Assembly: GCA_964388275.1 (NCBI GenBank)
Contig: CAYLZD010000002.1
Span: 131,089-195,088, forward strand
DNA from: an uncultured Chromatiales bacterium
GTDB lineage: Bacteria > Bacteroidota > Ignavibacteria > SZUA-365
Direction of reading: 5' to 3'
Length of the DNA: 64,000 bases
A program made the position numbers and the translations under genes. Position 1 is the stretch's first letter, and every line of letters starts with the position of its first letter. Below the pieces are notes generated by a model. It saw nothing but the letters and a program-made list of their open reading frames with translations, did no database searches and was not told the DNA's origin. Positions 49,553-59,455 of this stretch are shown piece after piece.

Positions 49553-50560
49553 ATGGTGAGCGTGCTGATGCCCACACGGGACGCGGAGAATTATGTGGGT
49601 GACGCGATCCGCAGCATATTGCGCCAATCTTTCACGGATTTCGAATTCATAATAATCGACGACGGTTCGGCGGACCGCACACCGGAAGTGGTTGCCGGAT
49701 TCGCGGATTCCAGGATCAGTTTCAGGCGCCATGAGTCGTCGAAGGGCATTTCCGCAAGGCGGAACGAGCTGATCTCCCGGGTATCCGGAAAGTACTTCGC
49801 ATGGATCGACAACGACGACGAGTCTCACCCGCGAAGGCTCGAATTGCAGGTGTCGCTGATGGAGAAGAACCCGTCGGTCGGAGTGTGCGGCACCTGGATG
49901 GAAACTTTCGGGGCGGACGCAGGATACATCCACAAGCACGAATCTTCGCATGATGAACTCCGCTGTCAGGTTCTTTTCGAACCGCCTGTTGCCAGTCCTT
50001 CGTGCATGTTCCGCACAGAATTATTGAAGAGATATCCTGAACCTTATGATCCTTCGTTCGTGTTTGCGGCGGACTACGATCTGATTGCGCGCCTCATCCG
50101 GGCGACGGAATTCGCGAACATTCCCCTCGTGCTACATAGATACAGGCGGCATCCCGGGCAGACTAGCGAGATGCGTCGCGCCGAAATAGGAAAGGAAAGA
50201 CGGGAAGTGCAACGCGCATGTCTCGATGAACTCGGTATCGATTACGCTCAAAACGACCTGGCTCTGCATGACGCAATCTCGACATGGAAATTCCCCCCCG
50301 ATGCCGGTTTCGCGGAAGCGGCGCATGATTGGTTCCTGCGCCTGCTCCAGGCCAACGAGTCGCGCGGACCGCTGAATCCAACCGCGTTCCGGCGCGTTCT
50401 GGCGCGGCGCTTCTTCGCGATGTCGAGCTTCTTCGCGCCCTCCGGAAACGGCTCGCTCTCGCGATTGAGAGCCCTGCCTTTGCATCGCGAAGCCGATGTC
50501 GGGACGAGGGCGAGATTCGTGCAGGCGCTTCGCGGAATTCTGCGCGCAGGCATCCGTTGA
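49553..50560 (+). CDS. Family-2 glycosyltransferase
   Basis: GT-A N-terminus VSVLMPTRDAENYVGDAIRSILRQSFTDFEFIIIDDGSAD, DxD (WIDNDD). Confidence 0.8.
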   Translation: MVSVLMPTRDAENYVGDAIRSILRQSFTDFEFIIIDDGSADRTPEVVAGFADSRISFRRHESSKGISARRNELISRVSGKYFAWIDNDDESHPRRLELQVSLMEKNPSVGVCGTWMETFGADAGYIHKHESSHDELRCQVLFEPPVASPSCMFRTELLKRYPEPYDPSFVFAADYDLIARLIRATEFANIPLVLHRYRRHPGQTSEMRRAEIGKERREVQRACLDELGIDYAQNDLALHDAISTWKFPPDAGFAEAAHDWFLRLLQANESRGPLNPTAFRRVLARRFFAMSSFFAPSGNGSLSRLRALPLHREADVGTRARFVQALRGILRAGIR

Positions 50561-50566
50561 ATTACT

Positions 50567-51760
50567 ATGAGATCGCGAGACAATCCGGCAAACTCCGGAA
50601 AAAGAAACTCGAAGCGCCTGAAAATCGCCGTGTTCGGACGTTATAATGAAGGAGAAATACTCAGCGGACCCGAGAAGGTGGCGAGGCGTGTTTACTCGGA
50701 GCTCTCGGCCTGCGACGAAACCGACATGGTGTTCGTGGAGTATTTCTTCGACGGGAAACGATTCGGAATAAAGCGCAAACTCTTAGGATACGAGAGGCTC
50801 GACAGCGGCGGAGGCGGCGCGGTTCTGCGCCTCGGTCTGCTGCGGATCCCGTTTTTCCTGATGCGGTTCCGCCCCTCGGTAGCGGCGATCGTCACATTCG
50901 AACGCTTCGCCGCGATCGCCCTTCTCTGCTGCGTGCCGGCCGGAATACCTGTCGCATACATCGCCCACGGTATTGTCCGCTTCGAAAACGAGAACTTTCG
51001 CAAGGGAATTCCCGCCGGTTTGCGCCGCAGGGATTCGCTGGTCGAACGCCTGCTGTTCAAATATTCGTCCGTCGTCTTCCTCCTCTCCGAACAAAGCCTG
51101 CAACTCGCGCGCTCGTTTTACCGGGTACCGGACCATCGCTGCCGCTTCGCCGACAACGGCGTGGACGCGGTATTCGGCGGGATTTCACGAGCGCTGCCCG
51201 GAAAGGAACGGCTGTTCACCGCCGTCTTCACCGGAGATCCTTCCAGACCCGAGAAGGGATGGTCTTTTCTCCTGGAAGCTTTATCGCATTTAGAGGCGCC
51301 GTTGCGTCTTTTCGTTACGACACTCGGAATGCCGGATGCGACGCTGTCGACGCGCATCGAACTCGTTCAACACCCGCCTATGACTCCCTCCGATCTCGCC
51401 GCCGCCTATGCCGAAGCTGACCTTGTGATCTGCTCCGGCTCGTACGAACCGTTCTCGATTGCGACGGCGGAAGCGATGGCCGCGGGCCTCCCCGCCGTGG
51501 TCACCAGCACGAGCGGCATCGCGCGTCATATACGCGAAGGATATAATGGCTTCACCGTGGATTACGGCGACTCCCGGAAATTGGCATCGATTATCGATAC
51601 ATTCCGCTCCGATACCGAACTGCTCCGGCGCATGTCGGCGAACGCGCGCCTCATCGGAACCGAGCTTTCGTGGTCCGCGGTCGCCGGACGCTACCTCAAG
51701 GAGTTCAAAGAGCTTTCAGAGCGAAAACGAAATGCAGGAAGAAGGGGTCTTAAAAAATGA
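50567..51760 (+). CDS. Family-4 (GT-B, group 1) glycosyltransferase
   Basis: C-terminal EPFSIATAEAMAAGLPAVVTSTSG...GYNGF motif of GT4. Confidence 0.8.
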   Translation: MRSRDNPANSGKRNSKRLKIAVFGRYNEGEILSGPEKVARRVYSELSACDETDMVFVEYFFDGKRFGIKRKLLGYERLDSGGGGAVLRLGLLRIPFFLMRFRPSVAAIVTFERFAAIALLCCVPAGIPVAYIAHGIVRFENENFRKGIPAGLRRRDSLVERLLFKYSSVVFLLSEQSLQLARSFYRVPDHRCRFADNGVDAVFGGISRALPGKERLFTAVFTGDPSRPEKGWSFLLEALSHLEAPLRLFVTTLGMPDATLSTRIELVQHPPMTPSDLAAAYAEADLVICSGSYEPFSIATAEAMAAGLPAVVTSTSGIARHIREGYNGFTVDYGDSRKLASIIDTFRSDTELLRRMSANARLIGTELSWSAVAGRYLKEFKELSERKRNAGRRGLKK

Positions 51761-52401
51761 GACTGCATCAACGTCTTGCCGCCGCCGCGATCCGGCGACT
51801 GGGACGCGTTCTCCGGCGCTCCTATCCGCCCGTCAGAGCGCTAAACGCCGAACATGTCAGGCGCTGCCGCGTGGCGGCGGACAGAAGGGAATTGCTCCGT
51901 CTGCTGCCGAAAGGCGCGGCCTGCGCGGAATTGGGCATAGAACGCGGCGATTTTTCCGCTGCCATACTTGAAAGCACCGCGCCTTCACGATTGCATCTGG
52001 TGGATCTGGCGCCTGAATATATACGCGGCGCGGAAATCCGTTTCGCCGCCGAGATAGCTCTCGGCAGGGTCTCGACTCAAACGGCCGACGCGGCTGACGC
52101 GCTCCATTCCTTCCCGGCCGGCTTTTTCGACTGGGTCTACATAGACGCGGATCACACGTACGAGCGGGTGCGCCTCCATCTTGCGGCCGCGCGGCACGCG
52201 GTGAAAAAGGACGGCTGTATCGTGCTGAACGATTACACATCGTTCGATCATTTGGGCATGCTGAAATACGGCGTTGTGGAGGCGGTAAATGAGATGTGTC
52301 TGGATATGGGATACGAAATCATCGCGCTAGCGCTGGAGCCGAATATGTTCTGCGATGTCGTGCTGGCCCGCACAGGCATATTCCCGGAGGGATTGCTGTG
52401 A
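51757..52401 (+). CDS. Class I SAM-dependent methyltransferase (Methyltransf_24/TylF-like)
   Basis: Motifs AELGIERG and FDWVYIDADHTYE..GCIVLNDY are typical of cap/O-methyltransferases. Overlaps neighbours (ATGA / GTGA). Confidence 0.6.
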   Translation: MRLHQRLAAAAIRRLGRVLRRSYPPVRALNAEHVRRCRVAADRRELLRLLPKGAACAELGIERGDFSAAILESTAPSRLHLVDLAPEYIRGAEIRFAAEIALGRVSTQTADAADALHSFPAGFFDWVYIDADHTYERVRLHLAAARHAVKKDGCIVLNDYTSFDHLGMLKYGVVEAVNEMCLDMGYEIIALALEPNMFCDVVLARTGIFPEGLL

Positions 52402-53537
52402 AAATCCTCCATCTTGCGGATCGCATGGATCGGACGGACGGCAGTTCGCGCCAGGTGTATCTCCTCGCTAAAGAACAGATGTCACGCGGTTTCGATGTTC
52501 TGGTGGCGACAGCCGGCGGCGATGCGCTGGATATGCTGACGAGGAATCTGATTCCGCACGAGGTCATACACTGGATCGGGCACGCCGGGCGTTCGGCGCG
52601 CGGCTTTCTCAACGGCATCATCGCCCTAAAGCGGCTCTTGAACGCCGTGAATCCCGACATCGTGCACGCGCATCACTTCTATGCGGCCAACCAGGCGTGG
52701 TTTGCGGCCAGGAAGTTCCGCGGCCGCCTCTTGCAGACGGTACATGCCTGCATTCCACCGGCCGGACTGCTTCCTCATCATGTCGGCCGCATGCTGATCG
52801 CGGTGAGCGAGGCCGTCAAGGATCATATGACGACCTGCGATCCCCGCCTTGCGGGCCGGATCTCTGTGGCGCGATGCGGAGCGGCGTTTCCGGGCCGCGC
52901 GGAAGAGGTCCTCGGCAAGCCGCTGTACGCAGGCCTGTTGAAGGCGCGCGAAAGTTCGTCCGTCGTTTCTTTTATTGGCCGCATTACCGAGGCGAAGGGC
53001 TGGCGCGTGATGCTGGAGGCATTGGCTGAAGTGATCCGTACCAGGGATAAGGAGCGGGCGGCGGAACCGAAGGAAGGAAAAATCACACTGCTGATAGCAG
53101 GCGGCGGGCCCGAGGCCGGGGAGCTCCGACTGCTCGCGGCCGGGCTGGCCGTTGAGACGCTTTTTTTCGGGATAGTGGAGGACACTCAGCCGTTGCTCGA
53201 AAAAACGGATGTCCTCGTCGTCCCTTCCCTGCGAATGGAGGGACTGCCGATGCTTCTCATCGAAGCCGGACTGGCCGGGACGGCCGTGATCGCTTCGGCG
53301 ACCGACGGCATCCCGGAGATTATCGAGGACGGCGTCACAGGCCTGCTCGTTCCACCGGGAGACGCGGCGGCTCTGGCCGGCGCTCTGCGATCGCTGCTCT
53401 GCAATCCGCGCCTGCGCGGGCGTCTCGCAGCCGCGCTGCAGGAAAGGGCGGAACGCGATTTCAGTGTCTCGAGAATGACCGACGAAGTGCTGCATGTTTA
53501 CCGGCGGCTCGCGGGTGGCCGCGAACCGGCGTACTGA
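52398..53537 (+). CDS. Family-4 glycosyltransferase
   Basis: GT4 C-terminal motifs (VVPSLRMEGLPMLLIEAGLAGTAVIASATDGIPEIIEDGVTGLLVPPGD). GTG start overlaps the previous stop. Confidence 0.8.
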   Translation: MKILHLADRMDRTDGSSRQVYLLAKEQMSRGFDVLVATAGGDALDMLTRNLIPHEVIHWIGHAGRSARGFLNGIIALKRLLNAVNPDIVHAHHFYAANQAWFAARKFRGRLLQTVHACIPPAGLLPHHVGRMLIAVSEAVKDHMTTCDPRLAGRISVARCGAAFPGRAEEVLGKPLYAGLLKARESSSVVSFIGRITEAKGWRVMLEALAEVIRTRDKERAAEPKEGKITLLIAGGGPEAGELRLLAAGLAVETLFFGIVEDTQPLLEKTDVLVVPSLRMEGLPMLLIEAGLAGTAVIASATDGIPEIIEDGVTGLLVPPGDAAALAGALRSLLCNPRLRGRLAAALQERAERDFSVSRMTDEVLHVYRRLAGGREPAY

Positions 53538-53552
53538 CGAGGTGGCGGCCGA

Positions 53553-55760
53553 TCAGGTTCCGCTTTCGTATCGGTCTATCATGTCCTGAATCTCCCTGTC
53601 GTCCGGCCGGAATTCACAGCTCTCCCGATACCGCCTGAGCGTGTGCAGGGCTTTTTCCCTGTCGCCGTAGACGTCATGATATATCGCGGCCAGATCCGTG
53701 AAGGCCTTGCTGAATTCGCAGGGCGCCAGCGACAGCGTGCGCTCCAAAAACACGACGGCCGAGGCGTGATCGCCGGCCCGGGCGTACGCAGTCCCCGCCA
53801 TGAACGCCAACAGCGGCTCCTCGGTATCGGGAGTCAGCGAGCGGCGCATGATCGCGGCCCTTGTGGCGACGTCCAGGTCGCCCCGCAGATACGAGTAGTA
53901 AACGCCGAGCGACGGCCAGTCGTCGATCGCGGTGTCGAATTTCTCCAGCATGCCCCCGGCGATGTCGCCGTGTCCCGCATTGCGCGCCAGCACCAGCGCC
54001 GCGACGATGGTTTCGGTCAATCTGTCCGGAGGAATGTGACGGTAGTCGTCCGCGGGGAAGGGTTTCCGCGCGGCGTCCAGCAATTCGTCGAGCAGAGCTT
54101 TCCACATCGCGCCTCTGTTCGTCGAGTCCTTGCTTTCCCCCGCGATGCGCATCAGCATCCGGTATCCGTCTCGTCTCAACACGCCCGTTTTCACGCCGCG
54201 AAGGGCGGCGTCGAATTCCCTGACCCCGTTTCGCTCGCCCAGATGGAACTGGCGGAGGTTCTCATAGCTGCGGTAACTGTTCCAGGGCAGCACGCTGCCG
54301 GCGTACATGTCGGCGAGATCCGAAAAGCGCTCCGCGGAGGCGCGGCCGGCGTTCAGTCCTATCCAGGGCGCGATGTGCCCGGCGGTGAACAGCAGCAGCG
54401 CGGGGATCAATAATCCGGCCCGCGTTTGAAGTGTCCGGCCGCCGTTCAGCAGCATGTCCAATCCGAGGAATGCGAACGCAGTAAGCGCCGCCGCCGGGAT
54501 GTCCCAATCCTGGGCCATGCCGTAACGGGCGTTGCCGCCGAGGGCCAGCAAAAATGCTCCGAAAGCCGCCAGAGCGAAGAAACGGAAGGAAGGCCTTGCC
54601 GCGCAGTCCTTCCGGATCGCCGGCGAGAACAGTAAAAAAGGGAACAGGCACCAGACGCCGGCGTTCAGGTAGATCGTGTTGAACAGGTCCGCGATGCGGG
54701 CGGCCGAAAATAGGGTGTAAGAAGTGCTTCCCTCACGAATCCCGTTGTTGACGATCGACTCTTCGGACAGCGGGGTCACGAATTCGCGCAGCAAGACCAA
54801 AGCGCCGCTCTCGCGCAGAACGAGCAGAGCGGCGAAGCCCGCCGCCGCCAGAGCGGCCGCCTGCCAAGCCCGGCGCGCGGACCTCTTTCCGTCGCGGCCG
54901 TCGATGATCAGCAACAGCAGGGCCGGCAGGAAAACTGTCGAGGACAGGCCGAACAACGCGGCCGCCGTCAGTAAAACCGCGGGCGGCCATACGGATCCTC
55001 CGTGCCTGTAATAACTCCAGGCCGACAGGAGGAATGCGACGGTGAATCCGTATTGCAGATGGTACAATTCGACGTACCGGAAAAAGAACAGCGTTCCCCC
55101 GCAGCCGAGCACGCCCGCCGCGGTCGTGAGCGCCGCCGGCATGCGTTCCTTTCTCAGGAATACGGCCAGCGCCGCCGCGACCACCGCGAGACTCAACGCG
55201 CTGAGCCATGCGAAGGGCTCGTACAGAGTCTCGAAATTCGTGTTTCTCACAACAGCATGAAGCGCAACGCCCGTCAGCCATGTGCTGGGCTTGAGAAAAA
55301 AATCCGATCCCGCCGGATCCCTGTCGAGGCGCAGCACTTCCGACAGGCACAGCCGCCCGTCGCCGAGCAAGGCGCTGAACACCGGGAACAGCCAGGCCGA
55401 GACGCCGATTATCAGCGCGGCCGTGAGCCCCGCCCATATTCCAGCGCCTCCCGGAAACAACTTCTCCGTCCTCCGCAACGCGGCGTCTGCCGGCCCTGCT
55501 ACCGCCGGAACTAGGAGAAGAAAAGGCGCCGCCAGCAGAATGGGAATGAAGATGCCGTCGTCGATGTATCGGGGGAAATCCACGCCCCAGACGCGGGGAA
55601 GCAGACCCGGGAGCAGGACGAACAGCAGACGCGCCGCCGTCGCCGAGGCGGTCAGTATGATCAGCGCCTTCCCGGACGGCGGGAATTTTTCGGATGCGGC
55701 GTCCGCGGCCGGGCGGGTTTCCTTTCCGCTCCGGGCCCTCCGCTGTTTGTTATTTTTCAT
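53553..55760 (-). CDS. Large polytopic membrane protein with a C-terminal TPR region (DUF2723/PMT-like glycosyltransferase-family candidate)
   Basis: About 12 predicted TM helices over ~480 aa, followed by TPR-like repeats (AIYHDVYGDREKALHTLRRY..). Convergent with the glycan cluster. Confidence 0.5.
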   Translation of the reverse strand: MKNNKQRRARSGKETRPAADAASEKFPPSGKALIILTASATAARLLFVLLPGLLPRVWGVDFPRYIDDGIFIPILLAAPFLLLVPAVAGPADAALRRTEKLFPGGAGIWAGLTAALIIGVSAWLFPVFSALLGDGRLCLSEVLRLDRDPAGSDFFLKPSTWLTGVALHAVVRNTNFETLYEPFAWLSALSLAVVAAALAVFLRKERMPAALTTAAGVLGCGGTLFFFRYVELYHLQYGFTVAFLLSAWSYYRHGGSVWPPAVLLTAAALFGLSSTVFLPALLLLIIDGRDGKRSARRAWQAAALAAAGFAALLVLRESGALVLLREFVTPLSEESIVNNGIREGSTSYTLFSAARIADLFNTIYLNAGVWCLFPFLLFSPAIRKDCAARPSFRFFALAAFGAFLLALGGNARYGMAQDWDIPAAALTAFAFLGLDMLLNGGRTLQTRAGLLIPALLLFTAGHIAPWIGLNAGRASAERFSDLADMYAGSVLPWNSYRSYENLRQFHLGERNGVREFDAALRGVKTGVLRRDGYRMLMRIAGESKDSTNRGAMWKALLDELLDAARKPFPADDYRHIPPDRLTETIVAALVLARNAGHGDIAGGMLEKFDTAIDDWPSLGVYYSYLRGDLDVATRAAIMRRSLTPDTEEPLLAFMAGTAYARAGDHASAVVFLERTLSLAPCEFSKAFTDLAAIYHDVYGDREKALHTLRRYRESCEFRPDDREIQDMIDRYESGT

Positions 55761-55925
55761 GCCTGTGCCGCTTGGGGGAGTCGTTTCACGGAACTTTTCC
55801 GGCTTGACCGCCCGGGGCAAATATAGCAAGGCCGCCGGCACATATCATCGCTTTGCGGCGGCCTCGAAAGAGGACGGCCGCCCTGTCCGGACGGCCGTCT
55901 CTCTATGCTCGATACGGTGGGGGAA

Positions 55926-57257
55926 TCAGAGCTTGCTGACGAAATCGTCCAGCACGGTTTTCAGGGACGGTTCGCCGATTTCCTGCAGCTCGTAAGCAAC
56001 GCGCACAGCGGGCTTCGAAATCTTGATTATGCGCTTGAGATCTATCGGAGTGCCGATTATCACGATGTCGCAAGGCGTCTTGGCTATGGTCGTTTCGAGG
56101 TCTTTCACCTGCTTCGCGCCGTAACCCATGGCCGGGAGCAGCACGCCGATCTCCGGATAAATCTCGAAAGTCTTCTTGATGGTTCCGACGGCGTAGGGAC
56201 GGGGATCGATTATGTCGTCAGCGCCGAATTTCTGCGCCGCTATCATGCCGGCGCCGAATTTCATTTCGCCGTGCGTGAGCGTGGGGCCGTCCTCCACGAC
56301 CAGCGCCTTCTTGCCCGTTATCATGTCTCCCCGTTCGACGATTATGGGCGAAGCCGCGTCGATGATACGCGCGCGGGGATTGACGGAGCGTATGTTTTCG
56401 CGGAGTTCCAGCACCTCGTCGGCGCCGGCCGTGTCGATCTTGTTGATGATGACGACATCGGCGAGTCTGAGATTGGCTTCGCTGGGATAATACCCCAACT
56501 CGTCGCCGACGCGGAGCGGATCGGCCACCACAATGTGCATGTCGGGCTTGTAGAACGGCAGATCGTTGTTGCCGCCGTCCCAGAGTATCACGTCGGCTTC
56601 CTTCTCCGCCTTCTCGAGTATGGCGGCGTAGTCCACGCCGGAGTAGATCACCGTCCCGCTGACGATATGCGGTTCGTACTCTTCCATTTCCTCGATGGTG
56701 CACTCGTGTTTCTTCAGGTCGGCCGTGGAGCCGAAGCGCTGCACTTTCTGCTTGTCGAGATCGCCGTAAGGCATGGGGTGCCGGATGGCCACCACTTTGA
56801 GGCCCATTTCCTGGAGTAGCCGCGCGACTTTGCGCGTGGTCTGGCTCTTGCCGCTCCCCGTGCGGACCGCGCAGACCGAGATCACTGGCTTCCTGCTGCG
56901 TATCATGGTCGGCTCGGCGCCGAGGAATTTGAAATGCGCGCCGGCGGCCACCGCGCGCATGCCGATGCCCATGACATGGTCGTAATTGACGTCGCTGTAG
57001 GCGAACACTACTTCCTGAACGGCGTGCTTCGCGATCCATTTCTCGAGTTCGCGTTCCTCGATGATGGGAATGCCCTTGGGGTACAGCTTGCCGGCCAGCG
57101 AGGCGGGATACTTGCGGCCGGCTATGTCCGGTATCTGAGCCGCCGTGAAGGCGATGACGTTATAAAGATGGTTGTCGCGGTAGACGACGTTGAAATTGTG
57201 GAAATCGCGGCCGGCGGCCCCTACGATGATCGTGTTGATGCGTGTTGTTTCGGGCAT
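55926..57257 (-). CDS. DUF1611-family P-loop protein (cyclic 2,3-diphosphoglycerate-synthetase-like)
   Basis: Walker A VRTGSGKSQTT, DGGNND. Overall resemblance to the cDPGS/DUF1611 family is from memory, not from a search. Confidence 0.55.
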   Translation of the reverse strand: MPETTRINTIIVGAAGRDFHNFNVVYRDNHLYNVIAFTAAQIPDIAGRKYPASLAGKLYPKGIPIIEERELEKWIAKHAVQEVVFAYSDVNYDHVMGIGMRAVAAGAHFKFLGAEPTMIRSRKPVISVCAVRTGSGKSQTTRKVARLLQEMGLKVVAIRHPMPYGDLDKQKVQRFGSTADLKKHECTIEEMEEYEPHIVSGTVIYSGVDYAAILEKAEKEADVILWDGGNNDLPFYKPDMHIVVADPLRVGDELGYYPSEANLRLADVVIINKIDTAGADEVLELRENIRSVNPRARIIDAASPIIVERGDMITGKKALVVEDGPTLTHGEMKFGAGMIAAQKFGADDIIDPRPYAVGTIKKTFEIYPEIGVLLPAMGYGAKQVKDLETTIAKTPCDIVIIGTPIDLKRIIKISKPAVRVAYELQEIGEPSLKTVLDDFVSKL

Positions 57258-57293
57258 GCATTCCTCGGTTTTATTTGCGGTGATTGTTCGATT

Positions 57294-58490
57294 TCAGTCT
57301 CTTGCCAGCACGACTTCCCGGATGCGCTCCGCCGCCCAGTCGATGTCTTCCTTCGAGATGATCAACGGGGGCGCGAAACGTATCACGTTGTCGTGGGTTT
57401 CCTTGCAGAGTATGCCGGCTTTCATGAGGTCCTCGCAGTACGGACGGGCCTGGGTGTCGAGCACGAAGCCGATCCAGAGTCCGCGCCCTCTGACTTCCAC
57501 CACATGCCTGCTCGGAATCTCACGCAGGCGCTTCATCAGATAGGATCCGAGTTCCGCGGATCTCTCGGGAAGTTTTTCTTCCACCAGAACGGACAACGCG
57601 GCACGCGCCACCGCCGCGCCGAGTGGGTTTCCGCCGAAGGTGGAACCGTGATCGCCCGGCTTGAAGACGCCCAGTATCCCGCGGCTCGACAGCACGGCGG
57701 ATACCGGATAGAATCCTCCTGAAAGCGCCTTGCCGATGATGACCATGTCCGGCCTGATGCCCTCGTATTCGAAGGCGAAAAGACGGCCGCTGCGCCCGAG
57801 GCCGGATTGTATCTCGTCGCAGATGAGCAGCACGTTGTTCTGACGGCAGATCTCGGCGGCCTCGCGCAGATAGCCCTCGGGCGGGACGATGATGCCCGCT
57901 TCGCCCTGTATCGGCTCCACCAGGAAAGCCGCGGTGTCGGGCGTGACGGCCGCTCGTAGCGCCTCGATGTCGCCGTACTTCACTATGGGGAAACCCGGAG
58001 TGAGGGGGCCGAAGGATTCCCTGTACTGGGGCTCGGTGGAAAAGCTGACGATCGTGACAGTGCGCCCGTGGAAATTGTCGGACGCGCAGATGATCTCGGC
58101 CTTGCCGTCGGGTATGCCTTTCACGGTGTATCCCCATTTGCGCGCGGCCTTGACCGCGGTTTCCACCGCTTCCGCGCCGGAATTCATGGGCAGCGACATC
58201 TCGTAGCCGGTGAGGTCGTGCAGTTGCTTGTACAGGAGCGGCAGCTGGTCGTTGCGGAAAGCGCGGCTCGTCAGCGTGACGTTCTTCGCCTGAGAGACGA
58301 AGGCCTCCATGATCTTGGGATGGCAATGACCCTGGTTCACGGCCGAGTATGCGGCGAGGCAGTCCAGATAGCGGTTGCCTTCCACGTCGGTCACCCACGC
58401 TCCGCTCGCTTCCCTGATTACCACGTCCAGAGGATGATAGTTGTGCGCGCCGTAAAGATCTTCGAGCGCGATGTAGTCTTGTGTTTTCAT
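57294..58490 (-). CDS. argD: Acetylornithine (class III) aminotransferase
   Basis: PLP fold with LLICDEIQSGLGRSGRLFAFE and the IGKALSGG lysine motif. Confidence 0.85.
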   Translation of the reverse strand: MKTQDYIALEDLYGAHNYHPLDVVIREASGAWVTDVEGNRYLDCLAAYSAVNQGHCHPKIMEAFVSQAKNVTLTSRAFRNDQLPLLYKQLHDLTGYEMSLPMNSGAEAVETAVKAARKWGYTVKGIPDGKAEIICASDNFHGRTVTIVSFSTEPQYRESFGPLTPGFPIVKYGDIEALRAAVTPDTAAFLVEPIQGEAGIIVPPEGYLREAAEICRQNNVLLICDEIQSGLGRSGRLFAFEYEGIRPDMVIIGKALSGGFYPVSAVLSSRGILGVFKPGDHGSTFGGNPLGAAVARAALSVLVEEKLPERSAELGSYLMKRLREIPSRHVVEVRGRGLWIGFVLDTQARPYCEDLMKAGILCKETHDNVIRFAPPLIISKEDIDWAAERIREVVLARD

Positions 58491-58516
58491 TCGTAATCCG
58501 TTGATCGTTGTTGTTT

Positions 58517-59449
58517 TCAGTCTTCGTCGAAAAGCATCGTGAGCAGTGCCATGCGCACGTGCAGCCCGTTGCGCGCCTGGCGGAAATACGCCGCCCGGGG
58601 ATCGCAGTCAACCGCGGGATCGATCTCCACCGAGCGGGGCAACGGGTGCATCACTATGGCGTCCGGTTTCATGCGGCGGAGAACCCCGGCGTCGATGTCG
58701 TATCTGGACGTGTCCAGGTCGCGGCCGCCGAGGCGGTCCCGGTCGATGCGCGTCTGGTATACGACGTCCACCGAGGAAATTGCTCTTTCAGTCGAATTAA
58801 GCAGCTCGTAGGACACTTCGCGTTCGTCGAGGTAAGCGAGTATGTCGGGACGCATCTGCATTTCGTCCGGGGCGATGAAGTAGAGCTTCGTGCGCTCGAA
58901 CTTGGCCAGCAGGTAAGCGAGCGAGCGGGCCGTGCGGCCCCTATCGAGGGCGCCGATCAGAGCCACGGAGAGTCCGTCGAGTTTATTGCATTCGTCGTAG
59001 ATGGTGTAGAGATCCAGCAGGGCTTGCGTGGGATGCTGGCCTCCGGTTCCGTCGCCCGCGTTCACCACCGGCACAGGCGACACGGCGGCGGCGCGTTTGG
59101 CGCCCCCGTCTTCATGATGGCGCAACACTATCGCGTCGCAGTAATTGGCGATGATGCGTATCGTGTCCTCAATCTGCTCGCCCGCTACTTCCGATGAAAA
59201 CTCGCGGGCCTGCTCGGTGGAGAGCACGCGCCCGCCGAGCCGGCACATCGCCGCCTCGAAGGAGAAACGGGTCCGCGTGGAAGGCCTGTAAAACAGCGTG
59301 GCCATTATGCGGTTCTCGTAATCGCGGGTGCCGCCGCGCGCTGCTATCCGCGCCATGGCGCGGGTGCGCTCGAAAAGCTCCATGAGCAACGGCAGCGTGA
59401 ACTGTTGCGATTCTATTACGTGCGGCAGTTTCATTTCCGGAATCTCCAC
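58517..59449 (-). CDS. pyrB: Aspartate-carbamoyltransferase-like catalytic chain (ATCase/OTCase superfamily)
   Basis: STRTR, HPTQALLD, and C-terminal MHPLPRSVEI..AAYFRQARNG (ATCase-type HPLP, not OTCase HCLP). Confidence 0.65.
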   Translation of the reverse strand: MEIPEMKLPHVIESQQFTLPLLMELFERTRAMARIAARGGTRDYENRIMATLFYRPSTRTRFSFEAAMCRLGGRVLSTEQAREFSSEVAGEQIEDTIRIIANYCDAIVLRHHEDGGAKRAAAVSPVPVVNAGDGTGGQHPTQALLDLYTIYDECNKLDGLSVALIGALDRGRTARSLAYLLAKFERTKLYFIAPDEMQMRPDILAYLDEREVSYELLNSTERAISSVDVVYQTRIDRDRLGGRDLDTSRYDIDAGVLRRMKPDAIVMHPLPRSVEIDPAVDCDPRAAYFRQARNGLHVRMALLTMLFDED

Positions 59450-59455
59450 GTCTTG

